From assembly GCA_000004985.1 (NCBI GenBank), contig GG738887.1: a stretch of DNA of 64,000 nucleotides; one strand, given 5' to 3'. The translations under genes and the position numbers were made by a program. Numbering within the stretch: the first letter of the stretch is position 1; the number at the start of each line of letters is the position of its first letter. Positions 23,964 to 33,989 of the stretch are shown here, in pieces. Source of the DNA: Naegleria gruberi (Eukaryota). Below the pieces are notes generated by a model that saw only the letters and a list, made by a program, of their open reading frames with translations, made no database searches and was not told the origin of the DNA.

Positions 23964-26900
23964 TTATTGATTATTAGAATGAGGTGTAACTTGTTCATCG
24001 GAAAAAGATATGTGTTGAGAAACTGTTGAGGGATGAATAGAAGGACGACGCTCTTGTTGCTGTTGTTGTAATTGTTGTAATTCAATAATTTCCTCCTCTG
24101 TCACCACTGTCTGGGCATGATGTTTATCTTTCAATAAATAGGTTTCACAAACACCCTTTCCTTTCACTTCAACACTTCTCTGTTCAAATTCAAATCCAAT
24201 ATCATACACTCTCTGATAGGTCGATCTGGAAATTTGAATTCTTCCTGCCATTGAAGTTGATTCCATTCGAGAAGCAGTATTGATAGTATCACCCCATAAA
24301 TCATAGGCAAACTTCTTCTTTCCAATCACACCAGCAACAACTGATCCTGTATTGATTCCAACTCGAATATTCAATTGATTTTGAGGATGTTCAATATTAT
24401 AATTTCTAATTACTTGAAATGTATCAATTGCAAATCTCAATGTTCTTTCAGGATGATCAGATTGTGGATTATTATGTAAACCTCCAACACAGAAATAGGC
24501 ATCACCAATTGTCTTGATCTTTTCCAATGAATAAACATCTGTCAAATCATCAAATCCATTCACAATGGATGACAACATCAAAACCAATTCGCTTGGATTC
24601 ATTCCACTTGACATTTTCGTAAAACCAACCATATCACTAAAGAAACAAGTAATATCACTAAATCTCTCAGCAATAAATGTCTCACCTGATTTCAACTTGC
24701 TTGCAACAGCATCTGGCAAGATATTTCTCAATAAATTTTCAGAATTTTTCTTCTCCTCCGCTAGAAGTGAATTTTGCTTCTTCTCTGGAGTGATATCTCT
24801 CATAAAGCATGAAACAACCATTGAGTTACTCTTTCCCTTGTCAGAGCTGCCAGAAATTCTCGAAACAAAGATGGTGACCATGGCTGGAAACTTTGTGGAA
24901 TTCTTTCTAACACATTCCAATTCAATAACATCTCCATGTTTGACATTTTCATCAATTTCACTCTTGATTGTTTTCAAAATGTTGGACAACTTTTCACCAG
25001 AGTGCTCATCAAATAAATGCATAAAGTTTGTTCCCAGAACATCAGAAATTGACTTTCCGAACATGTTCTGAGCTGGTCCATTGAATAGAATGATATCTCC
25101 ATTTTCGTTTGCTAATAGTGCACCATCTACCATTGAACTCATTAATTTCTTCAAAGAATCTTGATCTGTAGCTGAGGATTGTTTTAGCTTTCGTCCAGTC
25201 AAATAGTTCGTTCCAATAGAGTTGTACAAGGCAAAACTCTTGAGTCCATCATTTGATTCTATGAATTCTGTGGACAGATAATTCAGGAATGCTTTCATAT
25301 TGGTTATTTCGTGATCATAGGTTTGGAAACTGATGAAAATCATGTATTGTAATATGAGCATTGAAGTTATACCGAAAATCAAGAATACAATTGAAATTGT
25401 AGTGGAAGGAAGAGATGTCAAACTGACCAATGTTGTGAGAAAATCTCTAAACTTGTCATAAACCATATCACACATATTAAATAGTGTTAGCAATTCTGCG
25501 AATGCTTCTTCAGATTGTGTTGAAGCATAGGAAGGATTGAAGAACTTCTCGCTCACTTGTCCTGCCAGTATTGTGAATGTAGACATGTACTTTTGAAGGC
25601 CATAACAATCTTTTAACAATTCATTACTTTGTCCAATAATTTTGTTTCCATTAGATTTCCAATTATAGTCAATGGAGGAATTGGTGCAAGTCGATAGACC
25701 AGTAATAATCTTATCTAATTTGGAGTATTTCCCAACGAGTGGTGTTGTTATTCCATCTTGGCCATAAATAACCTGATCATAAATGGTTGCCGACAAATCA
25801 ATGAATTGTCTGATTTCTGTTTTCATTGTTTGCAATTGTGAATTATTCGAAACCAAAAATGGGCTGTTAATGAATTTTCCAGATGGCAATGACAAGTAAA
25901 TAAACAATTCATTCAGTCTAATAGTAACTCTATGAACTGTTCTCAAAAATACACTCAGCAAATCAACATTGTAAATGGCAGATGAAGCAGTTGAAATATT
26001 CATTGAAATTTCATAATAAATCAAACCAGAAGACAACATGAAAACTGTCACAATTAGAAGTGCCAATATCAGAGAGAAGGCCTTTGGTTGCAAGAGAGGA
26101 TTTTTCTTCAAGTGCTTGGCATCATCTTTTGTCTTTTCTTCTAATTTGTGATAAATTATTCCAACAAAATCTTTTGGAATTTTCTTGTACAGAGATGTGA
26201 TCTTACTGAACCATGTCATCTCACTCCTTGAAATCAAAATGAAAATAACGTAAATCATCGTCATTACTGAGGAGGATGTGAAAATATAGGCCAATAAAAT
26301 AATATTCAACTGGTGAGTGTTTGCTCTTTCGCTTTCCTGGAATGACTTGCAGAATTGGAGATAATTATCGGCTAAATATCTTCTATTTAAATAAATGTAC
26401 ATGAAACTGTAACTCTTTGTTGTTTCATTGTATTGCTTTTCTCCAAAGTTCAAAAATTGCTCAACATGATGCAAGAATTCTTGAGAAACTTCACTCATTG
26501 AAACATTTTTTGAGAAGGTGTTTACAAATTCAATTGATTTAGGATCTGTTGTTGAAATTGGAATTAAAATTGGACTTGCTCTCTCTGTAAAGTCATTATA
26601 CATGTTACTTGTAAATTTACCAGATTGTGAATTGGAAATTAATGTTTCCAAATACCCCTTATGCTCCAAATATCGATTTCTGAAGGTTGATGTGAAATAA
26701 TTCAATTCATACATTCGACTCGAGTTCTTTAACCATGATTGTCCTTCATTTGCGTAAACCTCTGTCAAGATTTGATTCATTCTTGCAACTCTTAGTAATG
26801 CACCTGGTGTTGAACCAGGAATGCAACTCTGCAATACAAGAGGAGTAGAAACAACTCTCTCATTATAAACAATACTCAGAATGAAAATGACAATTAACAA

Positions 26901-29279
26901 GACATGCATCAAAACTGACAAGAATAGAAAGACTGAGATTCTCAGTTTGGATTGGAATGGAGCATTGATGGCAGTTCTGAAGAAGGTTTCCTTCTTGTCA
27001 ATTCCTTGATTTTCGACACCTTCGAAATCCATCTCATTCCCATTGAATTGACTTTTTCCATTTAGGGCTGAACCACTTTCATCTCTTTCAGTACTAATAT
27101 CTTCATTATTGGTGGACATTTCCACATTGGATGAGGGCACAATCTTATTCTTGAATTTCTTTGCTTCGTAATATGATTGTGGATTGTGATGATTGACATT
27201 CTTTGATCTCGATTCTTCTTCTTCCATTGCAGCTGCTTCTTCAAACAATGAAGTAGATAGTTCCTTATCGAATTTGAATTCCTCAAGGTAGGACGCATAA
27301 AAACGAATCACTGTCTTATCGTGACTGTGAGCTTTGGTAAGATTGAGGAAATTCTGGTCACAGAATAGTGTTAGGACAGAAGCTCTGCTATTAATTTGTG
27401 AAAGTTTGGTTTCGTTTGGAATATCGTTCAACATTTCCTTCCAGAATGATTTATGAACAATTCGAAGCTCAGCAAGGGTTATTTCTAATTCTGTAATTGT
27501 GTTTCTTACTTCCATATTTGTCTTGGTTAGCTCGTTGAGTGTAATTTCAATTTCTTTTTGTTTTTCAGTGATAAGAACTCTCTTTAAAGTTTGATGACAA
27601 TGTTTAAGAGCCTTTGCCAGTAGATAATTTGCAAATTGAGATCTGTGATCATCTTGCCAAATGTAGTTGACCAAAACACTTGAAATGAGCAACATTTCAG
27701 TATTAAGGAAGGATTTCTGCTGAGAAATGGATTTCACAAAAGCAATAGCCATTAATGGATCACTGACAATAGTCACACCGTAATGATCGGGGGAGTGATG
27801 TTTCACATTTTGCCCAATTGAAAATTGTAAAAACAACATCAAGTGTCTTAGAGATAATTGTTCACAAACAATGAAAATGGGAACTGCCTCTCTTTCAATA
27901 ATGTTGTAAAGTGATAAATCTGCTCTGCTCTCAGTTATTTCACAGACACTAATCTTGGTTTTGAAAATATTTCTTATTTGTCTGCAAACAACAAGTGTGT
28001 AAATTTCCAAAGCAGTAAAAGCAAGAATGAAAAATAGAATTCCCAATCCAATACTCAATCCCATCATTCCAAGACCCAAATCACTCAACAGATTTACATT
28101 GACCAATGAGCTAATCAATACTCCAATACTAACTCCAAATCTTGCACAAACAATTCCAAAATAGAGTGAATTCATCATTCGATGATAGAATGGTAAACTG
28201 TAAATGACGAGAGGAATGTTGATAAAGCTCAAAATGAGATGAACAATCGCTCTCCCCATCATGTAATTCGGTGGAATGAAGAACATGATTAACAATTCCA
28301 ATCCTATCGTGCAAATGGTTGGTGCCAATATAAAGTTATCCTTCGTCACAAAAGGAATTCCAACATTGGGTGTATTGATTGGCAATAAAAACACAGAGAA
28401 ACTCCAACTCACAAATGTAATCATCATTCCAATCAAACTCATGACAATTAAAATAGTATTTGTTTTAGAATAACATTGAACTGATGGAAATCTTGACAAT
28501 CCAGAAACACTTGCTGTCTGATCTTCGACATTGATTTGAATATTTGGATTACAATCAACAAAACTGCTCATAATAAATAAGGCAACTGGTCCAATAAACG
28601 ATACTACTAATGAACAATACATCCCAACCTTGTCAAATATTTTGTAAATTCCTTCACATCTCTTCTTCATTCCAATAATCATCAAGATAATATTCACCAA
28701 TGAAATCAATGTAAATAGGACAGAAAGTGCAATTATTCCCTCATAAGGAATGGCATCTGTTGATAAAGTGAGTGGATAATTCAATACTCTAAATACCCAT
28801 CCTCCTTCAAATCCAAACGGTGAAGTATTATATTCATTATTTATGGTACTATTAGATGAAAGTATACTAGAATACTCCTGATGAGAAGTCAATGCAGGTA
28901 ACCACATTCCAATCCACAACATGTATAAAAACCATAACGATATAGCCAATCTAGCCAGTCGTATCTTCCACGGGACTGTTACAGGCAAACCTTCTACATA
29001 GCTGCCTTTGCTGTTGCTAAACCTTGTGAGGGTGTTCATCCTCATCTTGCTACATAAATACATCATTGATAGATATTCATTAAAGGTTTTGAATAAGGAG
29101 CTGGCAAAAGAGGCAGAAGTTATTGAAGAACCACCATCTGATGAAGAGGTGGAAATAGATGATCTTCTGCCTAATGTTGATTCCATTCTTTTCTTGTTGT
29201 TGAATAAATTATATTCATGCCAACAGCATTGGCATTGTAGTTTTTGATAGGTTTTGCCAGGAGAAGATGTGAACCACAT
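23964..29279 (-). CDS. Polytopic membrane PAS-domain class III adenylyl cyclase (single catalytic domain, homodimer type); apparently intronless
   Basis: Continuous 1786-codon minus-strand ORF. The ORF-track start at 29324 is TTG; the first in-frame ATGs are at 29279 (MWFTSS) and 29186 (MESTLGRRSS, A-rich context). There are two hydrophobic blocks (about 8 and about 5 predicted TM helices) separated by a roughly 400 aa cytosolic coiled-coil region. A PAS-like segment (GALLANENGDIILFNGPAQNMFGKSISDVLG...) follows. The cyclase homology domain carries all canonical residues: FFSDMVGFT and KTIGDAY (two metal Asp), K immediately before TIG and YDLWG (Lys/Asp, ATP specificity), and NTASRME (Asn/Arg). 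The C-terminal poly-Q tail ends SNNQ-TAA at 23964. Confidence 0.85.
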   Translation of the reverse strand: MWFTSSPGKTYQKLQCQCCWHEYNLFNNKKRMESTLGRRSSISTSSSDGGSSITSASFASSLFKTFNEYLSMMYLCSKMRMNTLTRFSNSKGSYVEGLPVTVPWKIRLARLAISLWFLYMLWIGMWLPALTSHQEYSSILSSNSTINNEYNTSPFGFEGGWVFRVLNYPLTLSTDAIPYEGIIALSVLFTLISLVNIILMIIGMKKRCEGIYKIFDKVGMYCSLVVSFIGPVALFIMSSFVDCNPNIQINVEDQTASVSGLSRFPSVQCYSKTNTILIVMSLIGMMITFVSWSFSVFLLPINTPNVGIPFVTKDNFILAPTICTIGLELLIMFFIPPNYMMGRAIVHLILSFINIPLVIYSLPFYHRMMNSLYFGIVCARFGVSIGVLISSLVNVNLLSDLGLGMMGLSIGLGILFFILAFTALEIYTLVVCRQIRNIFKTKISVCEITESRADLSLYNIIEREAVPIFIVCEQLSLRHLMLFLQFSIGQNVKHHSPDHYGVTIVSDPLMAIAFVKSISQQKSFLNTEMLLISSVLVNYIWQDDHRSQFANYLLAKALKHCHQTLKRVLITEKQKEIEITLNELTKTNMEVRNTITELEITLAELRIVHKSFWKEMLNDIPNETKLSQINSRASVLTLFCDQNFLNLTKAHSHDKTVIRFYASYLEEFKFDKELSTSLFEEAAAMEEEESRSKNVNHHNPQSYYEAKKFKNKIVPSSNVEMSTNNEDISTERDESGSALNGKSQFNGNEMDFEGVENQGIDKKETFFRTAINAPFQSKLRISVFLFLSVLMHVLLIVIFILSIVYNERVVSTPLVLQSCIPGSTPGALLRVARMNQILTEVYANEGQSWLKNSSRMYELNYFTSTFRNRYLEHKGYLETLISNSQSGKFTSNMYNDFTERASPILIPISTTDPKSIEFVNTFSKNVSMSEVSQEFLHHVEQFLNFGEKQYNETTKSYSFMYIYLNRRYLADNYLQFCKSFQESERANTHQLNIILLAYIFTSSSVMTMIYVIFILISRSEMTWFSKITSLYKKIPKDFVGIIYHKLEEKTKDDAKHLKKNPLLQPKAFSLILALLIVTVFMLSSGLIYYEISMNISTASSAIYNVDLLSVFLRTVHRVTIRLNELFIYLSLPSGKFINSPFLVSNNSQLQTMKTEIRQFIDLSATIYDQVIYGQDGITTPLVGKYSKLDKIITGLSTCTNSSIDYNWKSNGNKIIGQSNELLKDCYGLQKYMSTFTILAGQVSEKFFNPSYASTQSEEAFAELLTLFNMCDMVYDKFRDFLTTLVSLTSLPSTTISIVFLIFGITSMLILQYMIFISFQTYDHEITNMKAFLNYLSTEFIESNDGLKSFALYNSIGTNYLTGRKLKQSSATDQDSLKKLMSSMVDGALLANENGDIILFNGPAQNMFGKSISDVLGTNFMHLFDEHSGEKLSNILKTIKSEIDENVKHGDVIELECVRKNSTKFPAMVTIFVSRISGSSDKGKSNSMVVSCFMRDITPEKKQNSLLAEEKKNSENLLRNILPDAVASKLKSGETFIAERFSDITCFFSDMVGFTKMSSGMNPSELVLMLSSIVNGFDDLTDVYSLEKIKTIGDAYFCVGGLHNNPQSDHPERTLRFAIDTFQVIRNYNIEHPQNQLNIRVGINTGSVVAGVIGKKKFAYDLWGDTINTASRMESTSMAGRIQISRSTYQRVYDIGFEFEQRSVEVKGKGVCETYLLKDKHHAQTVVTEEEIIELQQLQQQQQERRPSIHPSTVSQHISFSDEQVTPHSNNQ

Positions 29280-29885
29280 GTGTTGTATGAAACATGTAAT
29301 ATTTCCAAACTTCGGCCAATCCAAGTAGATATGAGAAGTGATGATGTTTTTGGTTTTAGTACTTTAAAGACATTCCAGTAAGATTGAAATACTAAAGCGA
29401 TGATTCCTTAATGTAATAAATACAAAAGTAATTCGAATCACGATGAAGATTGTTGATCGAATCTATCCAAATGTTCTTGGCACGCCTAATATTTATCAAA
29501 ATGTCTACTTTGATAAACATCATAGTTTGATTGCTTTTAAAACAAATCATGCACATTACTAAATTATTACTGCACTTGTTAATAGGAAATTAGAGCCTTC
29601 CGTCGTTCATATGAACTATTTTTGTTACATTTGATTATGAATAATACTAATATTGCTCATGTCTCTACACTTGCCTCCTTCATTGTGATATTTTTTAAAT
29701 AATTAATATTAATAAATATTGAAACTTTAAAATTTTTTAACAAAAGATAAATTGTGGAAAGTAACGATTTTGATCAATCCCAACAAATTTGTTGCTGTCT
29801 CCGAAGCAAAAGAACAAATCATCACACAATATTGAAAGAACAGTAAATTTCAAGAGCGCCAAAATACAAAAGATTTTTAAAAAAT

Positions 29886-30486
29886 TTATTGGAGCATCCA
29901 ACCAGCCATAGCTTCCTTGAATTCTGTTTGATGTTGTTCAAAAGAGATGAAAGTTGTTATTTCATGTGAATGTTGGTTAGGGTAGATAGGAACAATGTGT
30001 TAATTTTAAGTGGTGTTAGCAAAGATATTGTACTAGAGCGTGTAAACTTACCATCAAATGTTATCAATCCATTTTGATCGTCATCAATTTCCTTCATCAA
30101 TTCCTTGGCTTGAGTTTCGGTACCTTCTTCACCCAAAGCCTTCAAAATTTCTTTCAGTTCGACAACATCAATGACGTTGTTACCATCCTTGTCGCATTGT
30201 TTGAAAGCTGTTGTTGTTATTTAATGTATGGACCAGTAGTTAGTCATTAGTCATTATTGGTATCATCAAGATTTTACAAATTGTTGATTAAATTTTATGT
30301 TAGAACGTGATGATTGTTGTTAATAAGATTATAATCAACAGTTAAAGATATTTTGTTATTGAGAACCAAATTGTTCAATTGTGTGGAAACGCCAGAATAG
30401 AGTTATTAGAAATTTCTGTGTCGAAGAAACATACCAATACGAATTTGTTCTTGTTGTTGTTCAGAGAGTTTTTCAAATTTGCCCAT
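29886..30486 (-). CDS. Small two-EF-hand calcium-binding protein (calmodulin-like), 81 aa, 3 exons
   Basis: Hand-built model, minus strand. Exon 1 is 30435-30486 (ATGGGCAAATTTGAAAAACTC, context GCAAATTTGAAAAAC...CAT; MGKFEKLSEQQQEQIRI). Intron 1 is 30208-30434 (GTATGT...AACAG, 227 bp). Exon 2 is 30052-30207 (AFKQCDKDGNNVIDVVELKEILKALGEEGTETQAKELMKEIDDDQNGLITFD). Intron 2 is 29924-30051 (GTAAGT...AAACAG, 128 bp). Exon 3 is 29886-29923 (EFKEAMAGWMLQ, stop TAA). Splice phases are consistent (1,1). The EF loops are DKDGNNVIDVVE and DDDQNGLITFDE, the second completed only after splicing. The ORF track shows only a 62 aa fragment. Confidence 0.7.
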
Positions 30487-31053
30487 TTTTTTATGATTGG
30501 TTTTTGCTTGTCAAGTTTTGACAGTGACGTCTTTTAGCCCATCAACTTCAAGAGGTGTGAAATGGCAGTTACCACTATTGATCACTGAGGCAACTGTTGT
30601 TTGAATTACCTCATTACCTGACGTTTAATTAAGAACTTTATCAATAAATCAATAATATTTCATTTATTATCATTGATTAGTTTGTGATATGTTTTCAAAG
30701 ATGACAACTTAAAAGAGTGATTCTCTTTACTGTTTCAAATTCCAAATTGAAACACTTTCAAAGTAAAAGCTCTTCACATTGATTAACTCTCTTTCATTTC
30801 AATCCACCTCTCATCGTAACACCATTGAGGAAAATGATTTCAATATATCATCTGACAAAATTGTTCGAATTGAAATTAGTGATATTCATCCTGTATTACT
30901 GTTTTCTTAACAGCTCAAATTATTGATATAAATTCATCCAAACAAACAAATAATTATAACATGTTCTATTGGGGTTCAACCCATGCTCGAGTCGTAAACA
31001 ATAAATTGGAATACAATTAAAGTAGTGTTACATTTCATTGATATAATACAAAG

Positions 31054-32553
31054 TTAATCCATTTCTGTAGTATTGATTTGAACATCTGATAAAGTTCCAT
31101 TATGTAAGGATCTAAGCAATTTAGTCTTAATAAGTTTTACATTTTTGGAAAGAAGAGGATATCTAAATACTTGCAATCTTTGGTTATTCCATTCAACTAC
31201 TAATAATTCCTGTCGTTTTTCATCAAGGGCGCAACCAGTTGGTTTGGTTAACTCGCTCTTTTCAATACCTGCCTCTCCAAATGAAGTAATAAATTGAAGT
31301 TTTGAATTAAAAATCTGAATTCTATCATTCATCGAATCACAAACGATAATATTGCCATTCGTTCTATCGATACAAAATCCTTCTTGACAAGCGAATTGTC
31401 CTGGTTGATTTCCATGACCATTTTCAATTTTTCTTATCAGAGAGCCATTCAACTTGGACAAGACAAGAATTCTGTGATTTTCACGGTCGGAAACTACCAA
31501 ATTTCCATCAAGATCAAAATCAATATCCTTTGGTCCATCGAACTGGGTGTCTCCACTTCCTTTTGATCCAAAATCTCTAAGAAAATCACCATTCTTTGAA
31601 AGGACTACAATTCTATGGTTATCAAAATCACATATATAAATATCTTCATTGGTTGTATCAATAACCAGACCTCTTGCCCAATTTAGATTTGGATAACTTT
31701 TCCAAATCAATTTAGATCCATCATATGAATACTTGTAAACATAATTGTCGTCACAAGTGAAAATAATACTATCATCAACCTCACTCACAACCAGACATCT
31801 AGGATAAGATGATAAACTAATATGAAATTTAAATTGCCTAGTGCCCAATTCAAACACTGCAATTCTTCTATTGTACGTGTCTGTGACATAGAAGATATTC
31901 CTTTCGTGATACAGAGTCACATCCAAAGGATATGCAAAGGATGAATCTTTCGAAGTCTCACTCGTACAATACAGCGTGTCAAATCCAAGCATTGGTTTTC
32001 TCTTTACTCCACAATTAATATTCATAGGAAAGCCGTTAACAAATTTCTTATTCTCTCCAATCACAACTTGACAACAAACTGCAACATTACAGTCATCAGC
32101 AAGTAAATCCTTAATTTTATCTGGAATAGTAATCATTATTGGTATTTCCTTTGATGCTACACTCCTAGTCACTCCATCAATTTCCAATTCACTAACATCA
32201 ACTTGTTGAAAGTATGATGAATATCGTTTTTCTGCAATTATGTTATTTCCACCATATTCTTCATCACCGGAAAGTCTTTCCAATGTTACAGAAATTACAA
32301 TTTCATCTTCTGGAAAGCTACTCGCCAATTGATCAAATTCATCATCAGATCGAGTTGTTCCATCTTGTTGCTGCTGTTCATTAATAAAATCCAATTCTAC
32401 AGTAAATTCAATATTACTTCCGCTCTTGTACTTTCGGTCCGAGGTTAGATTTTGCCATTCGATCACTCTTGGATAAATAAAAGATGATGCTGAAGAACTT
32501 TCGGAAGAAGAGATTGGGATGGCGTGGGAAATAATTTCCTCCCTTGATGACAT
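31054..32553 (-). CDS. NHL-repeat (six-bladed beta-propeller) protein, 499 aa, single exon
   Basis: Real ATG at 32553 in an AAAAATG context. The C-terminal two thirds contain repeated NHL signatures (YVTDTYNRRIAVFE, YICDFDNHRIVVLSKNGDFLRDFGSKGSGDTQFDGPKDIDFDLDGNLVVSDRENHRILVL, IIVCDSMNDRIQIFN, LLVVEWNNQRLQVF). The N-terminus is Ser-rich with a Q-rich stretch. Confidence 0.8.
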   Translation of the reverse strand: MSSREEIISHAIPISSSESSSASSFIYPRVIEWQNLTSDRKYKSGSNIEFTVELDFINEQQQQDGTTRSDDEFDQLASSFPEDEIVISVTLERLSGDEEYGGNNIIAEKRYSSYFQQVDVSELEIDGVTRSVASKEIPIMITIPDKIKDLLADDCNVAVCCQVVIGENKKFVNGFPMNINCGVKRKPMLGFDTLYCTSETSKDSSFAYPLDVTLYHERNIFYVTDTYNRRIAVFELGTRQFKFHISLSSYPRCLVVSEVDDSIIFTCDDNYVYKYSYDGSKLIWKSYPNLNWARGLVIDTTNEDIYICDFDNHRIVVLSKNGDFLRDFGSKGSGDTQFDGPKDIDFDLDGNLVVSDRENHRILVLSKLNGSLIRKIENGHGNQPGQFACQEGFCIDRTNGNIIVCDSMNDRIQIFNSKLQFITSFGEAGIEKSELTKPTGCALDEKRQELLVVEWNNQRLQVFRYPLLSKNVKLIKTKLLRSLHNGTLSDVQINTTEMD

Positions 32554-32842
32554 TTTTTTTAAAATTATTAAATTTTACGCGTTATTTACTTGTTCCAAGT
32601 TCCGAACAAGACTTTATAATTTATTGTAAAGTAAATTCAACCTTTTGTGCATGGGTGGAGTTTCATTGAATGAATATCAACACCAGTATTTTGGTTTTGT
32701 AAACGAGCATTTTCAAACCAATGGTGAACATGATTGACTTTGTAGCTTAAAACCGCGGAAATATTTGATATTTTAAAAACAAAAAAAAAATCATTTTAAT
32801 TAATCAGAGTTTCAAATATCAAACCCTCTTAACCCTCTCGCG

Positions 32843-33862
32843 ATGACCAAGAACAATAACGTTGATAAACCAATCTTTGAACAAACTATTTACGATCCAA
32901 TTACCCATCGTCCTGTTTTTAAAATTGTTATTAGAAAGAAGGGATTGGCCCATGTTTCATTGGAATTGTTCGATGGCATCAAGATCAGAGTGGTTGTGGT
33001 TGATGCATTGCAAAACAGATCAGGCTGGTACATGATGAAGAACAACTTTAGCGATAACAAGATGCGTGCTGAAATGACAATTTCCAAGATACTTGGTGCT
33101 TGTCAAGTTAAGTGCCCAACAAAGGCAGTGGGTGATATTATTATTGTGCTCCTTGGTCATGTTATCAAGTTGAAGACAAGGCTGGTTGTGGTTAAGAATA
33201 ATTCTAATTTATCAGTGGTTCAAGCCATCTATTTGAATGGTGAAGATGAACCTCTATGGATTCCTGATGATGATGAAATGTCAGAAGAAAAAGAAGAAGA
33301 AATTAATGTTGATGGTGGATTGGAACCTGTAACAACAAACAGAAAGAAAAGAAAGCCTAGAAAGAGAGCTTCTGCTTCTGCTTCCTCTAGTTCCTCTGCT
33401 GAAACAATGATTGAAGATCAAGAGTCAAAATCTGGAACTAAAAGAAAGACCAGTGAGAAGACTAAACCAAGAAAGAAGAAGTTAGTTGCAGCTTCCTCTT
33501 CTGGTGATGATACAGGTAGTATTCAAACTTATTATTCTCAAACACTTTCTGGAAACTCTTTGTCACCACCGGTTCCTAATATTATTACACCACCAAGTGT
33601 CAATCCAATGCAAAACTTTGTTCCAATGACATCATCTGCACCACTAACTTTCAATACGGTGCAAAATTTCATCCCAACAACTCCATTAATGGATCCAAGA
33701 ATCCCGAATTCTACGTATCCAACTGCCATGTCTCAAATGGCTGCCAGCAGTGCACCACCAAGTCCAAATTCCTTCCCAAATTCCCTTAATTCAGACTTTG
33801 ATTTTTTGTTTGAACAAGATGATTCTTACTCAAACAGTAGAGAACAAAATGATTATTTTTAG
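32843..33862 (+). CDS. Hypothetical protein, 339 aa, with basic KRK-rich NLS-like segment, Ser tract and Pro-rich C-terminus
   Basis: ATG at 32843. Long ORF with coding-like composition. Contains NRKKRKPRKRASASASSSSS and a proline-rich tail. No recognisable catalytic motif. Confidence 0.5.
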   Translation: MTKNNNVDKPIFEQTIYDPITHRPVFKIVIRKKGLAHVSLELFDGIKIRVVVVDALQNRSGWYMMKNNFSDNKMRAEMTISKILGACQVKCPTKAVGDIIIVLLGHVIKLKTRLVVVKNNSNLSVVQAIYLNGEDEPLWIPDDDEMSEEKEEEINVDGGLEPVTTNRKKRKPRKRASASASSSSSAETMIEDQESKSGTKRKTSEKTKPRKKKLVAASSSGDDTGSIQTYYSQTLSGNSLSPPVPNIITPPSVNPMQNFVPMTSSAPLTFNTVQNFIPTTPLMDPRIPNSTYPTAMSQMAASSAPPSPNSFPNSLNSDFDFLFEQDDSYSNSREQNDYF

Positions 33863-33989
33863 GCATTTTCTTTGAAGTATTGTCACAAGACAATACCAAA
33901 GACAGCTGCGCTAAATAAATCACTTATATATATTTACATTATTTCTAATATTTTATTATATCAGTATTAAATTACAATTTATTAAATAA

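Noticed and set aside
24565-25071. 168-aa plus-strand ORF (with further short ORFs at 26518, 28276 and 29008)
   Set aside because: It lies entirely antisense to the uninterrupted cyclase CDS, whose frame carries strong domain evidence. Its composition is the mirror image of coding on the other strand.
29324-29324. ORF-track start codons at 29324, 35012, 38292, 38947, 51218, 55090, 40164, 51774 and 59273
   Set aside because: At these positions the first codon is TTG or another alternative start, not ATG. The ORF track evidently allows bacterial-type starts. Real starts were re-anchored on in-frame ATGs or on splice acceptors.
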